Assembly: GCA_965212015.1 (NCBI GenBank)
Contig: OZ243037.1
Span: forward strand, 96,001-160,000
Direction of reading: 5' to 3'
Origin: Cenarchaeum sp.
GTDB lineage: Archaea > Thermoproteota > Nitrososphaeria > Nitrososphaerales > Nitrosopumilaceae
DNA length: 64,000 bases
In this document: in pieces, positions 28,265 to 37,746 of the stretch
How positions within the stretch are numbered: the stretch's first letter is position 1
Layout: each line of letters opens with the position of its first letter
Notes under the pieces: generated by a model
Databases searched by the model: none
What the model was told of the DNA's origin: nothing
Seen by the model: the letters and a program-made list of their open reading frames with translations, nothing else
Position numbers and translations under genes: made by a program

Positions 28265-30913
28265 TCATCGCCTTGGCCGCCTCGGGCTGGCAAGCGCGGC
28301 CTGGGCGGCGGCAACTATTGCGATGGGTATCCTGTGCGGCGAGGCGCTGACATAGCTCAGGCCGGAGTCGTGATAGAACCCTATCGACTTTGGATCCCCG
28401 CCGTGCTCGCCGCATATGCCGATCTCCAGGTCCGGCCTTGCCTGCCGGCCGTGGCCGATGCCTATCTTCATGAGCCGCCCGACCCCGCCGGTGTCAATCG
28501 ACTGGAACGGGTTTGCATCGAGGAGCTCCTTGTCGATGTATTCGGGCAGAAACTTGCCCTCTGCGTCCTCCCTGCTAAAGCTGAATGTAGCCTGCGTGAG
28601 ATCGTTTGTGCCAAAGCTGAAAAACTCTGCGGTCCTGACTAGCTCGTCGGCGGTGAGTGCTGCGCGGACCACCTCGATCATTGTCCCAAAGCTTATGCTA
28701 AACTTTCTGCGGTGTTTTTTTTGCATCTCTTTTTTTATCGCGTCATAGATGGACTTTATGTGATCAAGCTCTGCAATGCTGCTTACCTGCGGGATCATTA
28801 TCTGCGGGCGTACATGCACGCCCTTGCCGGCAAGGTGCGCTGCGGCCTCAAAGACTGCCCTTATCTGCATCTCGTATATCTCGGGATACGTGACTCCGAC
28901 CCGGACGCCCCTGTGTCCCATCATGGGATTGACCTCGGCGAGATCCCGTGCGCGCTCCAGGACTATCCTTGCCCTTGCCGCCTCGGCTGCCTTCATCCTG
29001 CGCAGCTTGCCTGCCAGCTCTTCGGGGTTTGGCAGAAACTCGTGCAGCGGCGGATCAAGCAGGCGTATGGTCACGGGGTACCCCTCCATCACCCTGATTA
29101 TCTTGATAAAGTCGCTTTTTTGAAGGCGCCCTAGCTTGTCGAGGACCTTTTTCCTGTCCCGGACCGTTCGCGCCATTATCATGCTCTTGAACAGCCCTAT
29201 CCTGTCGCCTGCGTTGAACATGCGCTCCGTCCTGCACAGGCCAATCCCCTGCGCCCCATAGTCGCGCGCAAGCCTGGATGCCTCCGGCGTGTCTGCGTTT
29301 GCCCTCACGCCGATCTGCTTGGCCTTTTTGGCCCAGCCAAGCACGGTCCTAAAGTCCCTGGTAATCTCTGGCGTTATGGTCGGGATTTTTCCCAAAAAGA
29401 CCCCGCCGCTGCTGCCGTCGATGGTAATTATATCGCCCTCCCTTACCGTGCGGCCGCCTGCGCGGCATTTTTTTGCGTTATAGTTTATCTTTAGCTTTGA
29501 TGCGCCAACTATGCACGGCTTTCCCATGCCCCTTGCGACTACGGCCGCATGCGATGTCTTGCCGCCCCTGCTGGTAAGGATGCCGGCAGAGGTGAAAAAC
29601 GCGGGAACGTCTTCGGGCTTTGTCTCCTCGCGGACGAGTATCACGTCGCCGCCTCCCTCGCCTAGCGCTACTGCGCGCTTTACGTCAAACACTACGACTC
29701 CGCTTGCGGCGCCCGGGGACGCTGCGATTCCCTCCGAGAATTTGACAAAGTCCTTTTCGTTCTTTTTGTCGATGGTCTTGTGGAGCAGCTGTTCGAGCTG
29801 TTCTGCATCAAGCCTCCGTAGCGCGCGCTCCCTGGTTATCAGCCTCTCCTTTACCATGTCGACAGACGTCTTTATCATTGCGGCCGCATGCATCTTTGCG
29901 GATCTGGTCTGGAGCAGGTAGAACCTTCCCTGTTCCACTGTAAACTCTATGTCCTGCGGCTCCCGATAGTGCCTTTCTAGCTGGGAGCACATCTTTAGCA
30001 GCCTGGCGTACGAGTCTGGCAGCTCAGAGCGCAGCGAGTCGACTGGCTTTGGCGTCCTGATTCCGGCCACGACGTCCTCGCCCTGCGCGTTTACCATATA
30101 TTCGCCGAATATCTGCCGCGTCCCGTCGCCGGGGTTCCTGGTAAAGACCACGCCGGTGGCGCTGTCCTCGCCCATGTTCCCGAACACCATGGACACGACA
30201 TTCACGCCGGTCCCGTCTGCAACGTCCTTTGTAATGCCGTTCTTGTTGCGATAGACTATGGCGCGCTCCCCCGTCCAGCTATCAAAGACTGCCTTGATTG
30301 CCAGCTCTAGCTGCTCGGAGGGCTCTGCGGGAAACTGTTTTTTCGTGTGTCTTTTGCATATTTTTTTATACTCCGAGACCAGCCTTCTTAGAGATTTTTC
30401 ATCCAGCGAGCTGTCAGACCGCACTGCCTGCCTCTTTTTTGCCGCAGACAGGGCCTCATCGAACAATTTGTCGTCTATTCCAAACACCACCTTGCCGAAC
30501 AGCTGCACGAACCGGCGGTAAGAGTCCCATGCAAACCTGGGGTTCTGGCTCTTTGATGCGAGCCCCTCCACTGTCTTGTCATTCAGGCCCAGGTTCAGTA
30601 TCGTGTCCATCATGCCGGGCATGGACACTGCGGCGCCGGACCTTACGGATACTAGCAGCGGGTTTTGGCGCGAGTTCCACCCCTTGCCGGTCTTTTTCTC
30701 AATCCTTGCAATGTTTTTTTTTACCTGGACGATTACGTCCCTTGAAAGCCTCTTGTTGTTTGCGTAATAGCTCTTGCACACCTCGGTGGTGATTACAAAA
30801 CCGGGGGGCACGGGAAGCTTTAGCCTGGTCATCTCGCAGAGGCCGGCGCCCTTGCCGCCCAACAGTTTTTTGTTCCTGCCGCTGCCTTCGTCAAAAAAAT
30901 AGACTGCTTTCAT
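28265..30913 (-). CDS. ppdK: Pyruvate, phosphate dikinase
   Basis: LGGKGAGL, SVRSGA..SMPGMMDT, GGKTSHAAVVARG, GLCRTE, SFGTNDLTQ, GICGEHGG. Confidence 0.96.
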   Translation of the reverse strand: MKAVYFFDEGSGRNKKLLGGKGAGLCEMTRLKLPVPPGFVITTEVCKSYYANNKRLSRDVIVQVKKNIARIEKKTGKGWNSRQNPLLVSVRSGAAVSMPGMMDTILNLGLNDKTVEGLASKSQNPRFAWDSYRRFVQLFGKVVFGIDDKLFDEALSAAKKRQAVRSDSSLDEKSLRRLVSEYKKICKRHTKKQFPAEPSEQLELAIKAVFDSWTGERAIVYRNKNGITKDVADGTGVNVVSMVFGNMGEDSATGVVFTRNPGDGTRQIFGEYMVNAQGEDVVAGIRTPKPVDSLRSELPDSYARLLKMCSQLERHYREPQDIEFTVEQGRFYLLQTRSAKMHAAAMIKTSVDMVKERLITRERALRRLDAEQLEQLLHKTIDKKNEKDFVKFSEGIAASPGAASGVVVFDVKRAVALGEGGGDVILVREETKPEDVPAFFTSAGILTSRGGKTSHAAVVARGMGKPCIVGASKLKINYNAKKCRAGGRTVREGDIITIDGSSGGVFLGKIPTITPEITRDFRTVLGWAKKAKQIGVRANADTPEASRLARDYGAQGIGLCRTERMFNAGDRIGLFKSMIMARTVRDRKKVLDKLGRLQKSDFIKIIRVMEGYPVTIRLLDPPLHEFLPNPEELAGKLRRMKAAEAARARIVLERARDLAEVNPMMGHRGVRVGVTYPEIYEMQIRAVFEAAAHLAGKGVHVRPQIMIPQVSSIAELDHIKSIYDAIKKEMQKKHRRKFSISFGTMIEVVRAALTADELVRTAEFFSFGTNDLTQATFSFSREDAEGKFLPEYIDKELLDANPFQSIDTGGVGRLMKIGIGHGRQARPDLEIGICGEHGGDPKSIGFYHDSGLSYVSASPHRIPIAIVAAAQAALASPRRPRR

Positions 30914-31231
30914 TTTTCTAGGCTATAAAATCGAGTTGGGGGGTTTTTAAAGTATTGCCTGAAAATTCGGCGCAGCTCTTGGAATGCGGACGGGCAAGGA
31001 CGCATCCCCGTCGCCTGTGATGGCAGCTTGCGCAAGCTGCCAGGACGGCGCCGCATCGTGCAGTCCGATCCTGCATGGCGCTCACCTGATAATACCGGCC
31101 CGTCCTGCAAAACAGGCGCGCAGCGGATCGATTGATCCGGTCTGAAAAACTGCAAAAGCGCCGGACTTTGCCTAGGCGCAACGTCACAAAAGGGAAAATC
31201 AAATAAACACTGGCCTCCACATGATCGTACA

Positions 31232-31654
31232 ATGAGGAAAAAATCCCCAGAAAGGCGCATCAAAATCCTGGTGGCAAAGCTGGGCCTTGACGGCCACGAC
31301 AGGGGCGCACTTGTCCTGTGCAGGGCCTTTAGGGACGCCGGAATGGAGGTAATCTATTCGGGACTGTTTGCAACGCCGGACAGAGTCGCGCAGATTGCCC
31401 AGGACGAGGACGTCGATGCGATTGCCATGAGCCTCCTGAATGGCGCGCACGGGACGCTGTTTCCAAGGGTCGCAAAGGCCCTCAAAAAAATGGGAATCGG
31501 CGACGTGCTTGTGATAGGCGGCGGGATAATCCCCGACGAGGACAAAAAGGGGCTGGCAAAGTCCGGAATCGACGGGGTGTTCGGGCCCGGAACGCCGCTG
31601 CCGGAGATAATCGAGCATGTGCGTGCGGGCACCAAAAAGCTGAGAAAAATCTAG
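31232..31654 (+). CDS. Methylmalonyl-CoA mutase cobalamin-binding small subunit
   Basis: GLDGHDRGA (DxHxxG), SLLNGAH, GGGIIP, FGPGT. Confidence 0.93.
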   Translation: MRKKSPERRIKILVAKLGLDGHDRGALVLCRAFRDAGMEVIYSGLFATPDRVAQIAQDEDVDAIAMSLLNGAHGTLFPRVAKALKKMGIGDVLVIGGGIIPDEDKKGLAKSGIDGVFGPGTPLPEIIEHVRAGTKKLRKI

Positions 31655-31668
31655 CAATCCCGGATATA

Positions 31669-32664
31669 CTATTCCGTAGAGTCCGGCCACATCATTTTTC
31701 GCATCTGCCTTCCGACCTGCTCTATCTGGTGTGCGTCAATCTCCTTCATGTATCTGTTGAATGCCTCCCTGCCGTCCCTTTGATAGCTGCCGGTCCATTC
31801 GCTGTTAAACGTCCCGTCCTGGATCATCTGCAGGACCTTTTTCATCCTGGCCTTTGAATCTGCGTCCATTACCATCGGGCCGCGCGTCAGCCCGCCGTAT
31901 CTTGCCGTCTCACTCACGCGTCTCCACATTCCGTTTATTCCGTACCTCTGAATCATGTCGACTATGAGCTTTAGCTCGTGCAATACCTCAAAGTACGCAA
32001 TCTCTGGCTGGTATCCTGCCTCAACTAGCGTCTCAAATGCGTTTGTCACCATCGATGCGGCGCCGCCGCAGAGGTCCGCCTGCTCGCCGAACCAGTCAGT
32101 CTCTACCTCCTCCTTGAAGGTGGTTCTTATCAGCCCGGCCCTTGCGCTTCCGATCGCCTTTGCAATCCCGAGAGTCCTGTCCCACGCCTTTCCTGTGTAA
32201 TCCTGCTGCACTGCCACAATGCTGGGGGTGCCAAAGCCGTCAAGGTATGTCTCCCTTACCTTGGAGCCGGGCCCCTTTGGGGCGACCATTATAACGTCCA
32301 CGTTTTTTGGCGCCTCTATCCACTTCCAGTGTATCGCCGCCGCGTGCGAAAACGACAGCGCGTTTGCCTCAGAGACGTTGGGGGCTATCTCTTTTTTGTA
32401 CGTCTGCGCCTGCACCATGTCGGGAATCAGCACATGGATGATATCAGACGCCTTGCATGCGTCTGCAACGGACATTACCGTGTGCCCGTCGGCCTCTGCC
32501 TTTTTCCACGAGCCGCCCTCCTTTAGGCCCACGATTACGTCCAGTCCAGAGTCCTTCATGTTGTTGGCCTGCGCGTCGCCCTGTATTCCGTATCCAATGA
32601 CGGCTATCTTTTGGCCGCGCATGGGATCCAGACTAATGTCCGCATCCTTCCACGTCTGTGCCAT
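31669..32664 (-). CDS. ilvC: Ketol-acid reductoisomerase
   Basis: IGYGIQG, MVAPKGPG, FKEEVETDWFGEQ, VSETARYG. Confidence 0.95.
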   Translation of the reverse strand: MAQTWKDADISLDPMRGQKIAVIGYGIQGDAQANNMKDSGLDVIVGLKEGGSWKKAEADGHTVMSVADACKASDIIHVLIPDMVQAQTYKKEIAPNVSEANALSFSHAAAIHWKWIEAPKNVDVIMVAPKGPGSKVRETYLDGFGTPSIVAVQQDYTGKAWDRTLGIAKAIGSARAGLIRTTFKEEVETDWFGEQADLCGGAASMVTNAFETLVEAGYQPEIAYFEVLHELKLIVDMIQRYGINGMWRRVSETARYGGLTRGPMVMDADSKARMKKVLQMIQDGTFNSEWTGSYQRDGREAFNRYMKEIDAHQIEQVGRQMRKMMWPDSTE

Positions 32665-32728
32665 GTGGCTGGTCTTGAATCATGCAAATATTAACCAATA
32701 TCTGCCGCAGCAGAGCCGTACGCGGGGG

Positions 32729-33556
32729 TCATATCGGCGGGGCGAAATTCAGCCTGAAATCCGGCACCAGATCTTTTTTTCTTGCCATCTCAAAGAGCCT
32801 CCTGATGGCCTCCTCGCCGGACTGTCCCATGTCCACCGTCGAGTCGTTTACATACATTTTGACGAACCTTTCTATGGTGCCGTGCGGCTTGCCCCTGGCG
32901 TACTTCATTGCGTATTGCATCGCCTCGTCCGGGTTCTCGCGGCCAAACACTATGGATGCCTGGAGATACTTGTCAAAGTTGTGTATGGCGTCGGTGCCAA
33001 GGCCGCTGCGCATGACGTTGATTCCAAGCGGCACCGGAAGGCCCGTCGTCTCGTCCCACCACTCCCCGACGTCTGCTATCTTGACATTGCCCTCCCGCTC
33101 GTATGACAGCTGCGTCTCGTGTATCACCAGGCCGGCGTCTGCCGTGCCGTCCCTTACCGCGCCTGGAATGTCGCTAAAGTTCATCTCGACGTGCTCGAAG
33201 CGTCCGATCATTAGCTGCAGCAGCAAAAACGCCGAAGTCATCCTGCCGGGAATCGCCACCCTGACGTTTTTTATCTCGTCAAGTGAGATTTGTTTTTTCG
33301 CCGTGACTATGGGCCCGTAGCCCAGCCCAAAGCTTCCGCCGCTCCTGAGAATGGTATAGTCCGGAATGTACGCGCATGCGTGGACAGACACGGCAGTGAC
33401 GTCCAGCCCGGGGCTTGTCGCCCTTTTGTTCAGCTTTTCAATGTCCTCTATTACGTGCCTTACCGTAAAGTCCGGCGACGGCAGCTTTCCCGTAAGCATG
33501 CCATAAAACATGAATGCGTCATCAGAGTCCGGCGTATGGCCAACTGAAATCTCCAC
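32729..33556 (-). CDS. mqnD: 1,4-dihydroxy-6-naphthoate synthase (futalosine pathway)
   Basis: GHTPDSDDAF, G.GYGPIV, AIPG..TSA, IHETQL, PLG; GTG start chosen. Confidence 0.85.
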   Translation of the reverse strand: MEISVGHTPDSDDAFMFYGMLTGKLPSPDFTVRHVIEDIEKLNKRATSPGLDVTAVSVHACAYIPDYTILRSGGSFGLGYGPIVTAKKQISLDEIKNVRVAIPGRMTSAFLLLQLMIGRFEHVEMNFSDIPGAVRDGTADAGLVIHETQLSYEREGNVKIADVGEWWDETTGLPVPLGINVMRSGLGTDAIHNFDKYLQASIVFGRENPDEAMQYAMKYARGKPHGTIERFVKMYVNDSTVDMGQSGEEAIRRLFEMARKKDLVPDFRLNFAPPI

Positions 33557-33672
33557 AGGGTGGCTCTGAGGCCTTGCTATAAAAATGCAAGTCGATCGCA
33601 GCCCGGATGCGGCGGCTTTTTTTTGCGGCGCGGCGGGCCGATCCCGGCGGGTAAAAACTTTAATCGGCATAC

Positions 33673-34014
33673 ATGGGAGCCATACACGTGGCCAAATCCG
33701 AGCTAGACGGCATGATAGTGCAGATGAGACGGCGGATCGGGAAGCTAAAGGGCGAGCTGGAACGGCTCGGCGAGCCTGAGGCGCTGCCAGAGATGATCCA
33801 GTCGACGAACATAATCCGGACAAACGAGCACCTTGCCAGGACAAACCAGAAAAAATCCGAGCTGCTGGCAGAATACGACGAGTATTCCGGGCGCCTCGAG
33901 GATCTTCTCCGTGTAGTCTTTGAGATCCAGCACGAGCTAAAGGGGATTATAAAGGAACAGTCCGGAATGATCGGGCCCAAAAGGCGCGCAAAAAAGCGGC
34001 CCGTGACTCACTGA
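33673..34014 (+). CDS. Conserved coiled-coil hypothetical protein
   Basis: 113-aa helical ORF with a basic tail. Confidence 0.7.
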   Translation: MGAIHVAKSELDGMIVQMRRRIGKLKGELERLGEPEALPEMIQSTNIIRTNEHLARTNQKKSELLAEYDEYSGRLEDLLRVVFEIQHELKGIIKEQSGMIGPKRRAKKRPVTH

Positions 34015-35003
34015 GACGCATCGCCTGCCAGAATCCTGTGCGTATCGCCGCCACGGTTTAGAACCAGCGCGCCGTCGGCGTCTATCCTTACCGCACTGCC
34101 GCGGATCTTTTTGCCGCCATAGCTCACAGTTACGTCCCTGCCTATGGTAGATGATCTGTCAGTCCACTGCCTGACAATGTCTGCGTCCCTGCCGGCAGCA
34201 AGCGACTCGAATGCCTTTTCCAGCCCGGCCAGAAACGACTGTACGAGCGGGACGGGGCTGCGGCTGCCCGCCGGGCTGACGAGGCTTGCCGCCCCGGAAT
34301 AGTTCTCCGAGCCGGCTGCTGCCTTTTCTATGGCGCCTGCCGGCACGTCAAAGTTTATCCCCGCCCCAAGCACCATGTGGTCGATCCTGTTTGAGGTCAT
34401 CGAGACGTCGACTAGTATGCCGCAGGCCTTTTTGCCGCCGACTAGCACGTCGTTTGGCCATTTCAAGTCCACTGTCACGCCGAGCGTGTCGGTGATTGCG
34501 TCTGCGAGTGCGACGGATGCGGCAAGCGGAAAGAGCGTCGCAGATGCAAAGCCGTCTTTGGGGTGAAACACCACCGACATCCAGACTCCGCCCCTCGGCG
34601 ATATCCACCTCCTGTTCATCCTGCCCCTTGCACCTGTCTGTCTCTGGGCAATGACGACTGTGCCGTTCTCGCCGCCGTCCTGCGCCGCCCCCAGCGCAAA
34701 GTCCTGGGTGGAGCCTATGGTGTCAAAGTAATAGATCTTTTTTCCGATCCACTGCGTATCGAGTCCGCGGCATATCTCCCACGGCAGGGGCCTGCTTGTG
34801 GGGCCGGCAAGCCTGTATCCGAGCTTGCGCCTAGACTCGACTTTGTATCCGAGTGCGCGAATCCTCCTGACGTGCTTCCAGACTGCGACCCTGCTTATCT
34901 TCAGGGAGCAGCTGAGATCCTGCCCCGAGAGATACCCCTCCCCGTGGTTCCTTAGCATGTATAGCACTTTTTCGAACCCATAGTCGCCCTCGGTGGTGTA
35001 CAT
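34008..35003 (-). CDS. birA: Biotin-[acetyl-CoA carboxylase] ligase with N-terminal HTH
   Basis: SRVAVWKH, STQD, QTGARGR..R.W.SP, LKWPND, KACGIL. Confidence 0.93.
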   Translation of the reverse strand: MYTTEGDYGFEKVLYMLRNHGEGYLSGQDLSCSLKISRVAVWKHVRRIRALGYKVESRRKLGYRLAGPTSRPLPWEICRGLDTQWIGKKIYYFDTIGSTQDFALGAAQDGGENGTVVIAQRQTGARGRMNRRWISPRGGVWMSVVFHPKDGFASATLFPLAASVALADAITDTLGVTVDLKWPNDVLVGGKKACGILVDVSMTSNRIDHMVLGAGINFDVPAGAIEKAAAGSENYSGAASLVSPAGSRSPVPLVQSFLAGLEKAFESLAAGRDADIVRQWTDRSSTIGRDVTVSYGGKKIRGSAVRIDADGALVLNRGGDTHRILAGDASQ

Positions 35004-35037
35004 GCCTTTTGTAGCCGCGTGGCCGGTGCCGTACGTG

Positions 35038-35532
35038 CTAGAACCCGGTCTCAAAGTCAGACCCGCCGTCTGCGTCCGGGACGTCCTCAAATCCCTCCGG
35101 TATCTGATCGGCGGGGACATAGTCCGTAATTGAGGCGCCGATCATGGCAAACATCATTGAAAAGATTGCGGCGTCTGCTATTCCAAAGAACATCATCATC
35201 GGCAGCATGCCCCTAAAGCCGTTCATCTGCTCGCCGAGCCTTTTTTTGTCGCCGGACTTGTACACCTGTACCATCTGCCTCCAGCTTGCCTGCATCTCGT
35301 CGACTCGCCGCCTCACCTCGCCTGTACCATTCTTGGTGACCTGGATCTCGACTTTTTGCCCCATCCATCCCTTTTTGTGCTCCACCATTATCATGCCGCG
35401 CCCCTCGAGCCTTGCCAGGATTTCGTCCAGAATCTTGGGGTCAATCTGTGTGATGTTTTGAATCTCTTCGAATTTTTTGACGCCGCTATTGATTGCGCCT
35501 AGAACCATGACGTCTTCGGACTCGTAATCCAT
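35038..35532 (-). CDS. Hypothetical wHTH-containing protein
   Basis: wHTH-like N-terminus, Met-rich hydrophobic segment, acidic tail. Confidence 0.65.
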   Translation of the reverse strand: MDYESEDVMVLGAINSGVKKFEEIQNITQIDPKILDEILARLEGRGMIMVEHKKGWMGQKVEIQVTKNGTGEVRRRVDEMQASWRQMVQVYKSGDKKRLGEQMNGFRGMLPMMMFFGIADAAIFSMMFAMIGASITDYVPADQIPEGFEDVPDADGGSDFETGF

Positions 35533-35871
35533 GCGTACCGTTCCTGCCCACATTATAAAAAGTTCTAGGACGGCTGCCTTGAGGCGTGATCCGCGGCCGG
35601 ATGCTGCAAAAAACGGGCCGGGTTTGAATCCATGAAATCCCGGAATGATCGCTTGATGGGCAGTCGCGTTTGGCCGCCTTGTTGTTGGCCCATAAATGTT
35701 AAAACATGCAAAGTGTATATTGACATTACTTGATAGGCGGCGTCCATGGAAATATGGCATCGGTGATGTCCCTGTAAGGGGCGTCCCACTAGGTGATTCG
35801 ATTAATAATCCGTGGGTAATCTCTCGATTCAAAGGCATGCCGGAATGCCGGATTTTAGTTTGAATTAGAGA

Positions 35872-36195
35872 TCAGGGGTTTTTGAATTTCTCTCGGATTT
35901 CTTCCGGAGATGGTATTATTCCGAATAGATTTTCATATCGTTTTAACTCTCTCTGAAGTGTGAGCGTCCATAATTTGAGAGTTAGCGGTGAGGGATTTAA
36001 CGTGCATTCAATCCCTCGATTTATCATTGCCTTTGATCCTTTAAATTTATCACCAGCCAGAGCGTTGCTGAGATCTGGGGTATCGTGTATGACGGTCAGT
36101 TTCAATCCGTCATATTGATTTGAGATTTGACCCGTTACATAGGTGTCCTTGTAAGTTTCACTTTGGTTTACATGAACATCTGGTGCTTCAGACAT
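35872..36195 (-). CDS. Hypothetical protein (DUF3467-like) in a low-GC patch
   Basis: ..P..LK.....L...L..YE..FG.I pattern; AT-rich relative to neighbours. Confidence 0.55.
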   Translation of the reverse strand: MSEAPDVHVNQSETYKDTYVTGQISNQYDGLKLTVIHDTPDLSNALAGDKFKGSKAMINRGIECTLNPSPLTLKLWTLTLQRELKRYENLFGIIPSPEEIREKFKNP

Positions 36196-36491
36196 TAACA
36201 AAATTACCAATATTGGACATATAACTTTTTAATTTGTGCCTAGGTACGAGGTCACCTGCCATGCCTAAAAGACAACCATGATGCAAAATTCACGCCCATT
36301 TCTAGTCAAGCCTGCATCTGCTGTGTGATGCGCACACCTGCCAAAAACACCCGTTAATGAATCTCCCATGCGCGCCAAGCTTGTCTGTGATAGAATCAGG
36401 CCGATCTTGATCATTCCAGTCACAATCCGCACTGATCCGGTATTTGGAATCGAGCGTCTAGGTTATTAACTGCCGCGCGCGCAAATGCCTC

Positions 36492-36902
36492 ATGGAGACT
36501 GACGGCCACACAGACGAAGAAATCCGGCAGATACTCGGATACAAGAGGGTGGCAGTGATAGGCATTTCGCGCGATCCGCAAAAGGCGGCCCACTATGTCC
36601 CAAAGTACCTCTCTGAGAACGGCTATAATGTGACGCCGGTCAATCCCGGCGCCGACGAAATACTGGGCAAAAAATGCTATTCCGGGATAAAAGAGGTGGA
36701 TCATGCAATTGATATTGTCGACGTGTTTCGCCCATCCGGACAGGTAATGTCCGTAATCCGGGACGTGATCGAAAAAAAACCAAGGGTGGTGTGGCTGCAG
36801 GAGGGAATCCACGATGCAGAGGCAGAGCGGCTGGCCGGCGAGGCGGGAATTGACGTCGTCTTTAACCGCTGCATGCTCGCCGAGCACAGGCGACTGGGAT
36901 GA
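36492..36902 (+). CDS. CoA-binding domain protein (YccU-like)
   Basis: VAVIGIS, PVNP, DIVDVFRP, WLQEGI, NRC. Confidence 0.9.
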   Translation: METDGHTDEEIRQILGYKRVAVIGISRDPQKAAHYVPKYLSENGYNVTPVNPGADEILGKKCYSGIKEVDHAIDIVDVFRPSGQVMSVIRDVIEKKPRVVWLQEGIHDAEAERLAGEAGIDVVFNRCMLAEHRRLG

Positions 36903-37252
36903 CACTTGAGGATTTTTACGGTGCGCTAAAAGATCTTGCCGCGCTGCACGCAAAAAAGGACACCCGCATCCGAATCGACTACAAAAAAGACTCTGACCTG
37001 ATACGCGTCTTCGGCGAGGGGGCCACTGCGCTTGCGCGTGCGCGATGCGGGCTCGGCGACGTGCAGGAGCTGTCGTATGATGCAGCAGAGCACCACCCGT
37101 TCTGGAACATGCTGTACTGCTGCTCTGAGATATCGCAGACCATACTGGAAAAGTGGGAGGGGCGCCTCACAAGGGAGGAGCTCGACGAGATCCGGTGGTC
37201 CATTGACGAGCTGAAAAACTCCCTTGCAAACCTGCAAAAAAACCGGGAATAG
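36899..37252 (+). CDS. Conserved hypothetical protein
   Basis: 117-aa ORF coupled to the previous gene (ATGA overlap). Confidence 0.7.
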   Translation: MTLEDFYGALKDLAALHAKKDTRIRIDYKKDSDLIRVFGEGATALARARCGLGDVQELSYDAAEHHPFWNMLYCCSEISQTILEKWEGRLTREELDEIRWSIDELKNSLANLQKNRE

Positions 37253-37259
37253 GCCGCGC

Positions 37260-37622
37260 TCACTTTATTCTGTGATATACCACCTTGAACTCCTCGGCAA
37301 GCGTGTATGCGAGGTTTAGCAGGTGGCACAGCTCAGTCATTGTGTTTTTGTCGTGTGCCAGCTGGCGCAAAAACGTCAGCGCCTTTGCGTCAGAGTTTGG
37401 GTCTAGCGCCTCCTTGCCGCTCCACGTCCTAAACGCAAAGGCGACATCGAGACAAAAGTTCAAAATAAACTCTTTTGCGTGCGCGACTGGCCTCTTTGAC
37501 TCCGGCACACTCCAGAATATCGCCTCCTCGAGTGCGACAAACTCGTTTTTCCTGTTGATCAGCAGCATGTCTAGCGCCTTTTTCGTCCTGCCCAGCTCAT
37601 AGCTCTGCTTTAGCATGGTCAT
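37260..37622 (-). CDS. Conserved hypothetical protein
   Basis: 120-aa ORF; no motif recognised. Confidence 0.7.
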   Translation of the reverse strand: MTMLKQSYELGRTKKALDMLLINRKNEFVALEEAIFWSVPESKRPVAHAKEFILNFCLDVAFAFRTWSGKEALDPNSDAKALTFLRQLAHDKNTMTELCHLLNLAYTLAEEFKVVYHRIK

Positions 37623-37746
37623 ACAGTATGTTGGTCTTGAGAAACTTAAGTGATATGATGGATTTTCCTTGCAAACATTTGAAAAACCCCTAAAATACCA
37701 AACATCCGTATGATTCGTCAGGTGCGCGCCAATACCGCCGGAACGT

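Noticed and set aside
30920-31230. Possible ncRNA or cobalamin riboswitch upstream of the B12-binding mutase subunit
   Set aside because: Only short hairpins (e.g. cggatc..gatccg) are visible and I could not identify a B12-box consensus; an Rfam scan would be needed.
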